Shown here: positions 27,863 to 44,870 of the stretch, in pieces | How positions within the stretch are numbered: position 1 is the first letter of the stretch | Layout of the letters: each line of letters opens with the position of its first letter | Notes under the pieces: model-generated | Seen by the model: only the letters and a program-made list of their open reading frames with translations | The model's database searches: none | What the model was told of the DNA's origin: nothing | Source of the DNA: Lingula anatina | Lineage: Eukaryota > Animalia > Brachiopoda | Length of the DNA stretch: 64,000 nucleotides | Direction of reading: 5' to 3' | Assembly: GCA_051362555.1 (NCBI GenBank) | Contig: CM120641.1 | Location: 28,464,401 to 28,528,400 of the forward strand | Position numbers and translations under genes: made by a program

Positions 27863-30035
27863 TGCTAATACTAGGGTCTTGCATAATTTACAAATATGGG
27901 ACAGGCTGAAAGACAGCTATTTTCCAAGAGACAACAAAACACTGAATCTAGCACTGCATTTTTTGGAAAACTGTTCAATCAGCACATGTATGTGATAAGG
28001 TTGAAACCATGCAACAATATGTCACGAAATTTTCTTGAACTAGAGCTTAAATGAGTTTAAATTTGAAGCTACCTTATGGTCTGTCTTTTCAATGGGAAAA
28101 ATGATCAGTCATTGAAGTTGTATATATACTACACCGTCACAGTAACAAAACAATGTATACCTGTATAATGTACAGATTTTAGAACTGGCACTGACCAAGC
28201 ACACAGAGGCCTAGAATTGTACAAATGATATGTATGATAAATATGTTATATTAAGTCTTTAAAAATACAGGATGAAAAAATTTATTTTTTTTAAAATATA
28301 TTTATTTTTATTTATTTATTTTTAATATATGAAAGGTATACTATCCACTTTTTAAAATGTTCCAAGATACATGTATATACAGTACATACAAACATTTTCA
28401 AACTTGTATTCCAAAATCACATTTTTTTTATGTCTAGATGTTCTTTGAAGTTAATTATGATATCCTTCCCAATTCAGACCTAAAAATGATATAACCTGTC
28501 ACATGACAGTATTTAGAGATGGAATTTTCTTCAAAACTGTACAGGAAAAAAAGGCCAGTCATTTGGAACAAATTGTTTAGTTAAATTTATACATAACTTA
28601 AGAGTCCACCAAGTTTAGGAATATGTCTAGAAATGATTCATGAGCAGGTGAAATTGCTTATTTTTCAAAAACATTTTGAAATGGTGGGAACATCTTTATT
28701 ATTTCATAATAGTAATAATAATGACAAACTTTATTTAAAGAGGGTAAAACATGTTGAGTACACGCACTTATCTTACACATAGACCTTCAGGGTTATACTT
28801 CTCTACTAAATTACTTGGAGCTATGTTCACCATGATACCAAAATAAAATTGCGTTTTTCATTCCAAGGACCATCTTAATGCGTTTTCTAGGTAATGTTAG
28901 TGCAAGGATAACGGAAAAAAAGGGGGGGTCGCACGTCTGCTTGAATCAAATCTTTGTATAGAAAAGTAACGCATTAAAGGTGTCTAACACACAGAAGAAA
29001 GAAGAATTCATCCAAATCATTTTTCAATAACAAATGATATAATAAAATCTTAAAAACTCGTATCATAGAACTGCGAACATATGCTGCCCTCTATCGACAA
29101 GACGAGAACTATTTACTTACAAAACCAAAACTGCACCGGCGAGGGATGCTTGCAGTTGTAATGTCGGCCCCTTCATAAGAAAGTAAGTATTATGTACAGC
29201 TAGAATTTACTGTTAACTTTCATAAGGACCAACTTGCATAGCTAGTGACATCATCTTTTAACAAGTTAATCATTTTGCCTTATAATTTCACATAAAACGA
29301 TCACTGGAGTGAAGCCGAAGTTCACTATTTACCTTGCTGGGCCCTCACTTCAACTTCACGTCTTAATATGCTCTCTCCACCTTAGTAGGATAAGGTCTCA
29401 AAATTGCATTTTCATAAAATATGTCGTATGAAAAGCAAGATAAGATAAGATAACATGGTGTTTAGGTTAGATTTACCGTATCACTGTACCGTATGGCGCT
29501 TTATCGATGCCCAGGTCAGGTCAGACATTCTTCGTCCGTTGACCTATTTTTTTAACATCTCTGACATTGAAGTTCACCTTACAGTAACTTGAATGTAAAC
29601 AAACATCATCGATTGGTATTTAAGGTGTGGACATGTACGCATGATTTTATAACAGTTAGAACAGGCGATGTGTGTATGATTGATCCTGTGGTTATATCGT
29701 ACTGTTATTGTAAGTCTTACTAAGTGTTACATTTATATTACAGTATATATATATAATATTACTAGTTTAGTAGTACGTATATAATATTAATATTATAGAT
29801 AAGGTAAGTATGAAGCTTTGAGTGATAATAATGGATCTGGATAAATCTGTTTCAGTGCCTTTGGGCATAAACACAATCGAAGAAAGAGAGAAAGAAAGAG
29901 CTCTCGACTTGCCAGTCCAAGACTGAGAGTCAAATTTTGTGTACAGCCTTAATTCCTATAGTTCTATTTTGCATTGTACAGGTACCTGTATATTAAGTGT
30001 GGTCAATTAACACAGAGAAAGGAAAAACTCTAGGC

Positions 30036-32303
30036 ATGGGTTTAAGAAGTTTATCAAGACTGACATACCAGGTTTGCCTGAAAAAGATACCTCCTTCACT
30101 GGCAGTTACAGTACAGACAAATGTCTGCCCCAAATGTGGAATTTTTACACCACCTGTTAAAAGGGCAAAGGCATTATACGACCCAGAAAATAAAGGAGAA
30201 AGGCAGGATGGAGTTAATTTTGATACAATAGGATCTTGGAATAATCGTCTGAACCTTCCTCTCAATGAGAAACAGAGTGCTCGACGGGGTGAACCTATAC
30301 CACAGATCTCAATCGATGATATAGGTTATGCCACAGTGATTGGTCGAAGGACAGAGAATCAGGACCGCTTCAAGGTTTCTGAGCTGACACCAGATATTTT
30401 ATACTTCGCCATTTTTGATGGCCATGGGACTGCTGAGGCAGCTGACTTTGTCCACAGCAGACTTGAAGATCATATCAAGTACTGGTTACAACGCACAAAA
30501 GACCTACAAATGGTCTTGAAGAGGTCATTTGTTGATGTCGATAACATGTTCAACAGGTTTACTTATTCAAAACAGAAACAAAAAGGTAATTTTTTATGTT
30601 GCACATCTCATTTATTATATCCGTTGTTTGCATGTGTTTATCATAGGGTCATATGCTGTTTTCAGTATATTTCAAATATCCTGTTAACTCCCTCAAACAA
30701 TTTGTTTTGGCCACATGCATCCAATGGCATTGTGACCAATTGGGTTCTATGAGTATGTTTTGGAAATCCCTTTTTAAACTGGACAATATATATATTTCAG
30801 TACTTTTTTTGATACATGGTTTTCCTGGCCAGAAATAAACATGAAAATAGCTTCTGTGTAATTATGACATCCTGATTTATTACTACGTACTTGCATACAT
30901 CGTATATTACCATATTAAATAGTGCTTAATTATAAGAAAGTTGAAAATATATTCTTCTAAAGATTTTTTTTTTTTTTTAGTTCTAATGAATATGTAAAAA
31001 CTTCTGGTGCTAAGCACAGAATGACATACAGCTTTTTATCATATTTTAATATTCTGATAATCCCTGTTTTCAGACTGGATGAAAGCTGAACCCAGTAACT
31101 CAGAAGAGGTAACACTAGCATACACTGGAACCACAGCTACAGTATGCCTGCTACGTAATGGAGTTGAACTTGTCATAGGACATGTTGGAGATACATGCGC
31201 CATCTTGTGTCGGCAGAGTAAAGCTATCAGGCTGACTGCTGATCATGAACCAGAGATGGCAAGCGAGAGGGAGAGGATTGAAAGCAGTGGTGGGTCTGTT
31301 ATTTGGGACAGTCTTGGTCGGCCACTGGTCAATGGGATACTAGCCATGTCCAGGAGCATTGGGGACCAGGATTTGAAGCCGTTTGGTGTTAGTGCTGTAC
31401 CTGATACACGGTCTGTTGGTGTAAGTTAGAAGAAACTTTCTTTATTGAAATACTTCACTTTTTTGTTCACCAAAAATTAACCTTTTGTTTCCTTGTTTAG
31501 CAATGCACTGACAGTAAATGTAATACTGCACAATGACAGAAATGCTGAAAACTAGTCAGAATGGTCGGACATTTGGACCGGCAGTAATGAAAAATTTGCT
31601 GTCGGGCCAAAAATCACTCTATTCGTTTGAGACAGATAGTACCAGTATTATTAGGGTAGCTTATTATGTTTGTGAATGTGATAGGTTTGAAATGGAAGTG
31701 AAAAAACGCTTTGGGTCTTATATAATTTTAATAGTCTAGTATGTCAAATGATGACTGTAAATTCAAAATTGCAGCTCTTAAAACTCTTGTCGGTCCTTTG
31801 GACCAAGTCCAATTTTTTACCAGTCCAGACATTTGCCGGTCATGACCGATCGGACCGGCAGTTTCTGCATGTCTACTTCATGAAGGTTTCATATTGGGGT
31901 TATTAAAAGAAAATAATATAGAAATTAAGAAAAAAAGTGCTGAACATGTTTCCTACACCAAATTCACAATATAATATTGTTGTCAGAATTATAATTAAAT
32001 GATTGGTCATAGATAATTTTTTTTCTTTCTCAATTTCAGGTGAGACACTCCAAGGACTCATTTTTAGTGCTGATAACAGATGGCATATCATTTGTAATGA
32101 ATGACCAGGAGATCACCGACACTATCTCAAACTGTAAGAACCCCATGGAAGGAGCCAAGGTCATCACAGACCAGGCCCTACAGTTTGGTTCCCAAGACAA
32201 CAGTACCTGTGTTGTGATTCCATTTGGTGCTTGGGGGAAGTTTGCTGGCATGAAGGGCAACATGCCTTTCAGTTTTAGCAGGATTCCCAACAGAAGTCAT
32301 TAG
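30036..32303 (+). CDS. PPM1K: Mitochondrial PP2C phosphatase PPM1K (PP2Cm). Exons 30036-30585, 31074-31420, 32040-32303
   Basis: [78 protein letters not shown] and [19 protein letters not shown] match PPM1K specifically. The N-terminus is basic and transit-peptide-like. Confidence 0.94.
31530..31875. mobile_element. Degenerate DNA-transposon remnant in PPM1K intron
   Basis: Repeated GGACCGGCAGT / GTCGGAC / GGACC sub-terminal-type motifs at both ends in an otherwise CpG-poor intron. Confidence 0.35.
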
Positions 32304-33244
32304 ATAATGTAAAAAAATTTGATATTTATATAATATGTCACATATTTCATTTCACAAGGAGAACTGGTATATACTATTCTTTCAAATGAGGGGTGAGGGG
32401 TTGTTGTAAGTATGGGAAAAGGGTGTATGCTCATACTACAAGGGTTTACATAATGTTTAAAATGCATCCTAGGGATGGGTATATGTATTGGAGTAGAATA
32501 TATATTTTGTGGAACAGCTAACAGATCCTTCTGCTTTGCCTGCTCCTATGGTCCCAAAGTGAGTCAGTGTTTAACGGTCCAAAGGTCGTTAGTCATTTAT
32601 CAGAGCTGCAAAAGACATTCTGCTCTGACAAACCATTCCTTTTTCCCTTATTTTGTTGGTATATTTCTGGTGACTTTCATAAAAGAAACCTTTAAACTGA
32701 TAAATCTTCTGATTATGCACCTCTTCTACTTATTATATTTGACTTGAAATATGTGACCCCAAAAATCTTAAAATATTGGTCATAAAGTGCTTAATCACTG
32801 TATTCAACTGCATGGAGAGTAGCAGATTTCGATATTAGATCCAATATTAGATTATGATGTTTTGAACATTGAATCACTGCTGTTTACAGGTTTTAAAACG
32901 TGAAAAGTTTCTCTTATAGTTCATTGTTGCTGATATGGAAGGTTTTTTTCATAGTTTTACATTTTGCTTGTTATTTTACAGCATTAAAAGATACTGAATG
33001 TATGTTGTGTAATATATGTTTTAACTGCAACAGTTACAAAATGTTTTTAAAATAAAGAAATGGAATTTTACAATATTTTGTTATTATATCTTTTCATCCT
33101 ACAGTTAAAATATGTTTGCTATATATTTTGTCTTAAATGTGAGGAAAGTTAATTATGATGGGATCCGATTACAGTCTCTTCCCACATTACGGACGGGTTT
33201 TAATCATATGTAATGCATCCAGAGAGGGCGAGTAAAGGGACATC

Positions 33245-33275
<31 letters not shown>

Positions 33276-33754
33276 AAAAAGAAAGAAAAACACACACACA
33301 CACAACGCAGGGTTTGATTGACGTTTGCCATAAAAAACGAAACCTGTGCAGTGCTGCGTTTTACCATAGAAATAGAGAAACTTTCTCTACTTCTATGGTT
33401 TTACTGATATAAATAGTGTCAATACCACGCCTGATAATGCATTCGTCTTTTCCCCTCACTTTGCCTGTAAATTCTCCATTTTATTTCGTAAGAGGGAGAA
33501 ATGTACAAAAGGTGTAAATTTTATGTTTTGATTTTGACATAAAAGTCACTGCTAAAGGATGCAAAGAGGGAAATTAAAGTTGACAAATCACTATTTGTTC
33601 AGTGCTCAGGGGAAACTTTCACCCTCTTTTACAGCGCTGTTAGCTTATTTTTAACTGAAAGGCTTTTATTAAAGTCGTTTTGGCAGTTCATATTAGAAAC
33701 ACCTTCGAAAATTGAGAAAAGAACTGTCAAAATGTGATTATTTAATGCAAAATT

Positions 33755-34596
33755 ACGTGGGCATGGTAAAACAAATTATAGCTTTATAATTTTTTTAAAA
33801 TAAATTTCATCATTTTTTTATTAATTAATACACGTTTCATTTCAATTAAAAACAGAAAAATCAAATCAGTAGGGCACTGATGCCCGAGTCAGTCCACAGA
33901 TGTCAATAAAACGTACCAGACTGTCTTCCAAGCTACTGACAATAACTAAGGTTTGTTTATGTTCAAAAGCTTAAAGACTGCCAAGCCGGTCATTTTTAGA
34001 ACTAGACCAGGTATCTGACCAGAAGGGCTGCACGTAGCCTGTTACCCAACGCTGCACTGTCTAGATTGCAATTCCACCATCACTTTATTTTATTTTATCT
34101 TATAATTACAAAAACATAATAAATACCTCTCACGGAATACTGCCTCATCTTTACAAGACATTGTTGAACATTCACAAAATATCAAGACTCAGATAAGTAA
34201 TTCGCATCGCCACAGCGTCGTTACCCCCCCACATCGGTTTTTGAATGATTATTTGAAAAATTCTCACTGTGGGCCCTCAAAAGGCGTAATTTTGAGAGAA
34301 AAATGCTATACCAGTTTTAAGGTTTTAAGATTAATAATTATATTATACACATTTCGCATCTTAACCAGGACAGGAGTGTCTTTAAGATGGGGGAATGACG
34401 ACGGAGGGGGTGGGGTAAGGTGCGGGAAAGTATACGTAGCGATGTGGGGGATCAACTAAGTAGGGAGAAAAGGGATACCAGGGCGCGAGAGAATTTTGTA
34501 ACATTTCGGTATCTTCACTTTCCAAGGTTCGTATGGTATTCCATGACAAATAACACGGTATTACTAAATTTATTGGTATAAAAGGGAAATTAATAT

Positions 34597-34643
<47 letters not shown>

Positions 34644-35943
34644 GGTGGCCCCGGGGGTTGATTAGGAAAATACATCATTCCATTTTTTTCTGAACGGGAC
34701 AGTAGGGATATACTGTGGTACGCAGTTTGAAATTATGCATTTACTAACAACAGTCGTTGTAAAGTCTTATACAGTCACGTGTATATCATTATCTCATCAT
34801 TAAATATCCAAGTTTGATTTAGCTAAATACGTGTATAATAAAGCGCTATGTCTTATTTATTTAGTTGTCTTTGTATAAGATAAATGAGAGAGAGAGAGTT
34901 GACATTAAATATGGAATTTTTTTTCAAATCATTTTTTCTATGTTTTTTCCGACTTGTCCGACTTATGGATGAAAACAGGGGTTTACGTCTTGTTTTAATA
35001 GAACAACCATTAAAAGTATTATTTCAATCTCCATTTTTTTCAAATTGTCGTCTATGAAAAGTAATACGCTTCACAAAGGATGTTCAAATCGGTGTCTAGT
35101 CACAGCGATAATCTGGCCTCACCTGGCCGCTACTAGGGCTCTGAAACGGCAAGGTATTCTTTCCAACATGATTTTTTCTAAAGGGAACTGGTTGTCTCCG
35201 TTTATTTGTAGAAGAAAAGCCGTAAAAACAATGGATCCTGTTTTCTGGTGGTAAGTTCTTGATGCTTTGGGCGCCGCCTCTGTATAGGTACACCAGTCAG
35301 GGAATGCCCGCGGTACCTCTGTGCGGAGCGTTAATTCCTTGCAACGCAATTATCTGTCTGGCAAGGTATATACTTGTTTGCAAAATGTCAAAATCATGTG
35401 CGCAGCCTTTGCCGAAATATTAAAACTTTTTAACTAGGCAAAAATGTATGAAATGAAAGAAAAAACGGATTTTTTTTTTATTTTCTGACGAAATGGAAAT
35501 CACTTTGCCGTTTTTGGCGTTTTGGAGGGCAAACCGTGTCCTTTGGTACGGTTTAGAAAATTCTAAATTCAAAATTCTGATTTCAAGAGGGGAATATTGG
35601 TGTGGTAGGCCTATATTTTTCAGAAACCGAAGGGGAGGATCAGCTAGGATCCCCCTGACCCCCCCCCCCAACCCCCACCCCCACGCTCCTCTAAATCCAC
35701 CACTAACAGTGCGATGGTACCCATAAGTTCAGAAGCCGAAATTTGATGGTAATTCTTACACATTTCCCTTTACGCATTGGCTCAGGTAAGTTGTTTTATT
35801 CTTTGAAAATAAAAGCCTCCTTTTTAAGATTCTAACGATAGAAAAGCTCCTACTGATATGTCAGCAGATTCAGGGTCTTGGGAATACTGATGTAATAACA
35901 GGAGCCAGATCTGCTTATGAAAATATCAGAAAAAAAGCACGTG
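33755..35943. promoter_or_regulatory. Cluster of RCGTG (hypoxia-response-element cores) upstream of EGLN1-like gene
   Basis: ACGTG/CACGT at 33755, 33831, 34031, 34776, 34829 and 35938. The motif is short, so function is only inferred from EGLN being a known HIF target. Confidence 0.3.
34599..34640. repeat. (GT)n microsatellite
   Basis: Directly visible. Confidence 0.97.
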
Positions 35944-36073
35944 AAGATAACTTCAAGAAAGCATCTATCAATACAATTATGTGTGTGCTCCGCCGCAACA
36001 GAAACACGCACCGACAAAGCGAAACGGCGGTCAAAATCTCAGTATAGCTTTAGTTTTTCTGAATATAAACAAT

Positions 36074-39672
<3,599 letters not shown>

Positions 39673-42600
39673 ATGAGTGGTTATGTGAACATTGTGTCCA
39701 CTCATTTACAAGAGCGAGCAATGTGTCATCACAAGCAAAGTGGGTTTTAGGAGTTTGAAAAAACACCTTTTAGGCCAAAAAAAGTCTAAATCGAATCAAA
39801 ATTTTATGAATGTTCTGTGATATTTTTCAAGTTAGATCAGCCAAGGGGATAAAAAGGTCCACATTATCAGGGAAAAGATCCCCCTTAAAATTGCTGACCA
39901 CTGGTCTGATGCTGACTGTGTGACCATTTAAGTTAAGATATCTAATGTCTAACATGCAGGTTGGACTTTGTCCTACATGTATAGTCCTTTTCCCTTCTTG
40001 CGGTAAAGTTTTATACGGCATCAGACCTCAGTTTAACTGGACCTGAGCAAAGGTCAGAATAACAAGTATAATATTACCAAGGAGTTATAACTCCTTGATA
40101 TTACATACAGTTTTTGCCTGTCTGAAGCTGTGGAATGTGCCTGCATTGTATAATGTTGTGCTCTCGGATCTTCGATTTGTTTTTTATCACAGTGGTATGA
40201 TGTGATGATTTGAAGTGCTGTTTGATGATACAATTGAACATTCATAGCAGCATTAAGTTATATTTTCCCGGTCTGATTACAATAAATATTTCCTTTTACA
40301 CAAAGACTTGTTTGACAATTCACAACAACTTTATCTGTCATTATAGGTTGTTTGATTACACGAAGGATACAACAACTGTAGTAAAATAAAAATGAAATGT
40401 CTCACCTAGCGTAAAGAGTCACGTACAGTATCGTATTTGAGATCAATTATACCACTTAGAGCACCACGTTTACTCGAGACGTGACTAACGAACCCGTTAC
40501 GTTTCTATTCAATAAGTGTGACAGTACCTTCAGATGTCTTTGTCTTAATATTACTTCGTCGTGGATTCTGTTACAGATATCTTTTCCACTGTTTTTCATG
40601 TAGTGCAGGGGAAACGAAAACGTTTACTTGTGACATCACAACGTAATGCCGTCGTGCTGTCACAACGTTAGTTACTTTGTAAATAGTAACACACTCTGTA
40701 TATTGTCATTTGTTTTGAGAAAACCGAGGAAGGAAAAAGAAATGCGGAGCTTGGCACAGCGGATCTTTTGCCAACTTTGGATTGAGGTGAGGGGAAATAT
40801 TATTTGCCAACTTTGGATTGAGGTGAGGGGAAATATTATTTGGATCTGCAAAGGGCAGTTACAAAAGGAAGTATAGTTTTATGAACACTGAAAGTCGACA
40901 CTATGAAGTTTATTATGTACAGACACAGATGTGTCTGTACATATAGCCATCACCTGCGTCTGTCGTCGTCGCCGTGCACTTTGACCACCGATAACATGAT
41001 AAGTGAAAACCGTTTTACCTTTTGGCTTGAAACTTACAGAACTGATGAGCTTTCATAATATGCAGGTCAAGTTCGAAAATCAGCATGATATGGCCATCTA
41101 TATGGAAGTTATGCTGTTTTTTCACTTTTTTCAGCATATATGCAGCACCGATAACACGATAAGTGGAAAACCATTTTACCTTTTGGCTTGAAACTTACAG
41201 AACTGATGAATATTCATAATACGCAGGTCAAGTTCGAAAATTGGCTTGATTGGACTATTTTTACAAATTTAAAGTTATGCTGTTTTTTTTTCCATTATTC
41301 AGCATATATGCAACACTGATAAAACAAAATAAGAAAAACAGATTGGCCAATTGTCATTATACTCACAGGAGTTGTCAATCCTGCTAAAATGCAGGTTGAG
41401 TTCGAAAATCAGCATAATTGGGCCATTATTTTAGAAGTTATACTGTTTTTTTCACATTTCCTCAGATTCAATTCTTAGGCATGTTAACAGTCTCATTATT
41501 GAACTAATAAGATACGTAAAAGTGTTTGTTTGATATTTCCTGCATCTTTACAACATTGTTAGTTGATTTTGTAAAAATGATGGTAAACTTGTTATTATGT
41601 ATTGTGTAATAAAGTGTCAAAAATGGAAATAAACTCATATCATTGCAGTTTGTCAGATTCAATCATCCACTATGTTCAGACTCTCAGAATGGAGGAAATT
41701 GGACATTTAACACTGTTCTATTGATACTTTCCCCATCTCATCAATTTTCTCAGTTGGTCATATAAAAAATGGCAGTAAAATGTTTATTTTGTTTTATGTT
41801 AAAAAGGTGTTAAAAATGGAAATAAACCCATTTCAGAACAGTGCTGTCATGTTTACAATTTGGCATTTTCAAGATGTGACTTTGAAGTTCCATGGGCCTG
41901 AAGACCTTTGCTAGTCACATTTTCTGAATATCCGTGATACTAATATTTTATAATTAAAAATTGATGGTCATTATGCTGTTAAACATTATGTAATGTTGCA
42001 TCAAAATTTGAAGAAACCCCTATTTTGGGCACTGCTCCCATGATGACCATTTAAGGAAAATCATGTCACTTACTGTTTTCAAACTTACAGGAAAGAAACA
42101 TGGGACTAAAATACAGCTTCTGTAGGCAATGCAGTGTGTTTGGTAAATTTTTCTGGCAATTTAACAGTTTTTTGTGAAAATTTAATTTTTCACTTATTGA
42201 CATTTTCAAGGTGCGACTTAGAACCTCCACGGGCTTGAAGACCCTTGCTAGTCATATTTTCTGAAAATCCATGACACGTATATTTTATCATTAAAAATTG
42301 ATGGTCATTATGCAGTTAAGCATTATGTAATGTTGCATCAAAATAGAAGAAAACACAATTTTTTGTGCTGCTGCCATGATGACCATTATGGGAAAACCAT
42401 GTTACTTAAGATTTTCAAACTTTCAAAAAAGAAACACAGGACTAAAATGCAGCCCGAGTTGGAAAAGCAGTCTAATTGGCTTCTTTTTCTGGAAGTTAGT
42501 GAAATATTCATTATCTTTTTGGCATATTCATTGTGGGACTCTGAGCTCCCATGGACATGAAGCCTAACGGTAATCAAATTTTCTACATGTCCATGCTATT

Positions 42601-43288
42601 TATAGTCAATTATCAAAAATTGGTGATATTTATTCTATAATTTATTATGTAATGTTACATCAAAATTGACAATAATCTTTTTGCACTGCTACTGCAAACA
42701 TTATGAAAAGAAAACTGTGTTACTTATTATTATATTTAACTTATAAGTATGATTTTTAGGATTGGCATGCAGTTCAAATTAGAAAGCCAGGTCAATTGGG
42801 TTATCATTTATTATTGAATTTTATGCAATTTTGTGTGAAATTTTCATTTTTCTCATTCTGGCACTTTCTAAGTATAAACTTGAACTCTGATGGGCCTGAA
42901 GCATGATGCTTTTACTTTCGTCGGTGTTACCTGTTGTGCAAAAAATTAAAATTTGATGTTGACTGTGCAGTTAAACGTAATGTATTATTGCATCAGAATT
43001 GGTAGTTTCCTATTTTGTGCATTATTGTTTTGTGCTTTTCTTAAGTTGTGACTTATAGGCCTGAAAGACCTTTGAGAGGGTTAGTCTGTAAATTTCCTAT
43101 GGGTATCACTTAGCTAATTTCAGTGTTATAAAGTAATTTGTCTAATTTATAGGCCATTAAATGAGATTACATAAAGCACACTTGTTGATATTTCCCTGTA
43201 AACTCCCAAAGGTAAAGCTCTCTGCTAGATTAATAATAAGGAAGCAGTGATAATTATGCAGGCAGTTTTTGTTTAATATTGCAAATAA

Positions 43289-43295
<7 letters not shown>

Positions 43296-43349
<54 letters not shown>
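43296..43349. repeat. (TA)n microsatellite inside HINE (homologous tracts at ~45705 and ~50784)
   Basis: Directly visible; length differs between the three element copies. Confidence 0.95.
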
Positions 43350-43356
<7 letters not shown>

Positions 43357-43410
43357 TTATTATCAAACTCAAAGATTAAAAGTTTGAATAGCAGCTTCAT
43401 TGGAATTATA

Positions 43411-43600
43411 TTTACCTCTGCCAAGGAGGTTATATTTTCACCCCTGTTTGTCTGTCATCAACATAACTCAAAAAGTTATGGACCGATTTTGTTGAAATTT
43501 TCAGGAACTGTCAGAAGTGGGCCAAAGAGGACAATCATTAATAATAATCAACAATTGCTGCCTTGGCAGAGGTCTGCACTCTCAGAGCGCTTTTCTAGTT
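43411..43600 (+). mobile_element. Small HINE of a second family, copy 1
   Basis: Sub-terminal inverted repeat ACCTCTGCCAAGG / CCTTGGCAGAGGT, 3' hairpin GCACTCT-C-AGAGCGC and terminal CTAGTT. Confidence 0.75.
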
Positions 43601-43780
43601 TTGTTATGTTTTCCTTTATAATTTTTTCTCAAACACTTGCATTTGTGACTTTTAACTCTCATCGGCCTGAGGCTCTGACATTTCTGTATTTCCACATAAG
43701 CAGTTGTATTGTTTTTTATGTCTTTAAACATAAATGTTACTTATGTAATATTATTTTATGCACTGTCATCATTTTTTTCA

Positions 43781-44870
43781 AATATTGAGACTTTCATCAT
43801 GTGAATTTGAACTCTCATGGTCCTGAAACTGTAATCTTATTGAAGGGGTGGATTGAGACCATCTTCTGGGTCTTCCGGAAGACAGTCAGGTTATTAAGTT
43901 TATATTGACTGGTATCTATTTTTTTTCTGTTGGAAGACCATCAAAATGGAGGATGGATCAAAATAGATACTTTGGAATACTGTCAGAAAATATCTCTGGG
44001 TCCGTTCCTGTTATTGACCATGTTACCTGTTGTGCATGATTAAAATTCAGTGTTGACTGACAGTGCTATTATCAGCATTATTTATCATTGCATCAAAATT
44101 GACAAAATGACCTTTTTTGCATCTTTATTTTCTGTTTTTTTTTCAAATATTGAGACTTTCATCATGTGACTTTGGTCTCTCATGGTCCTGAAACTGTAAT
44201 CTTATTGAAGGGGTGGATTGAGACCATCTTCTGGGTCTTCCGGAAGACAGTCAGGTTATTAAGTTTATATTGACTGGTATCTATTTTTTTTCTGTTGGAA
44301 GACCATCAAAATGGAGGATGGATCAAAATAGATACTTTGGAATACTGTCAGAAAATATCTCTGGGTCCGTTCCTGTTATTGACCATGTTACCTGTTGTGC
44401 ATGATTAAAATTCAGTGTTGACTGACAGTGCTATTATCAGCATTATTTATCATTGCATCAAAATTGACAAAATGACCTTTTTTGCATCTTTATTTTCTGT
44501 TTTTTTTCAAATATTGAGACTTTCATCATGTGACTTTGGTCTCTCATGGTCCTGAAACTGTTATCTTATTGAAGGGGTGGATTGAGACCATCTTCTGGGT
44601 CTTCCGGAAGACAGACAGGTTATTAAGTTTATATTGACTGGTATCTATTTTTTTTTCTGTTGGAAGACCATCAAAATGGAGGATGGATCAACATAGATAC
44701 TTTGGAATACTGTCAGAAAATATCTCTGGATCTGCTCCTGTTATTGACCATGTTACCTGTTGTGCATGATTAAAAATTACTGTTGACTGACTATGCTATT
44801 ATAAGCATTATTTATTATTGCATCAAAATTGACAAATTGACCTTTTTTTCCTGTTTTTTGTCTGTACATT
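43781..44870. repeat. Three near-identical tandem copies of a ~364-bp unit inside the HINE
   Basis: AATATTGAGACTTTCATCATGTG recurs at 43781, 44146 and 44510. Confidence 0.9.

Noticed and set aside
34382-34678. His-Thr repeat ORF
   Set aside because: Translation of a (GT)n microsatellite.
35540-35710. C-rich block as a regulatory G-quadruplex of EGLN1
   Set aside because: It ends in CCTCTAAATCCACCACT, which looks like the terminus of a common small DNA-transposon remnant, and it is too degenerate to delimit.
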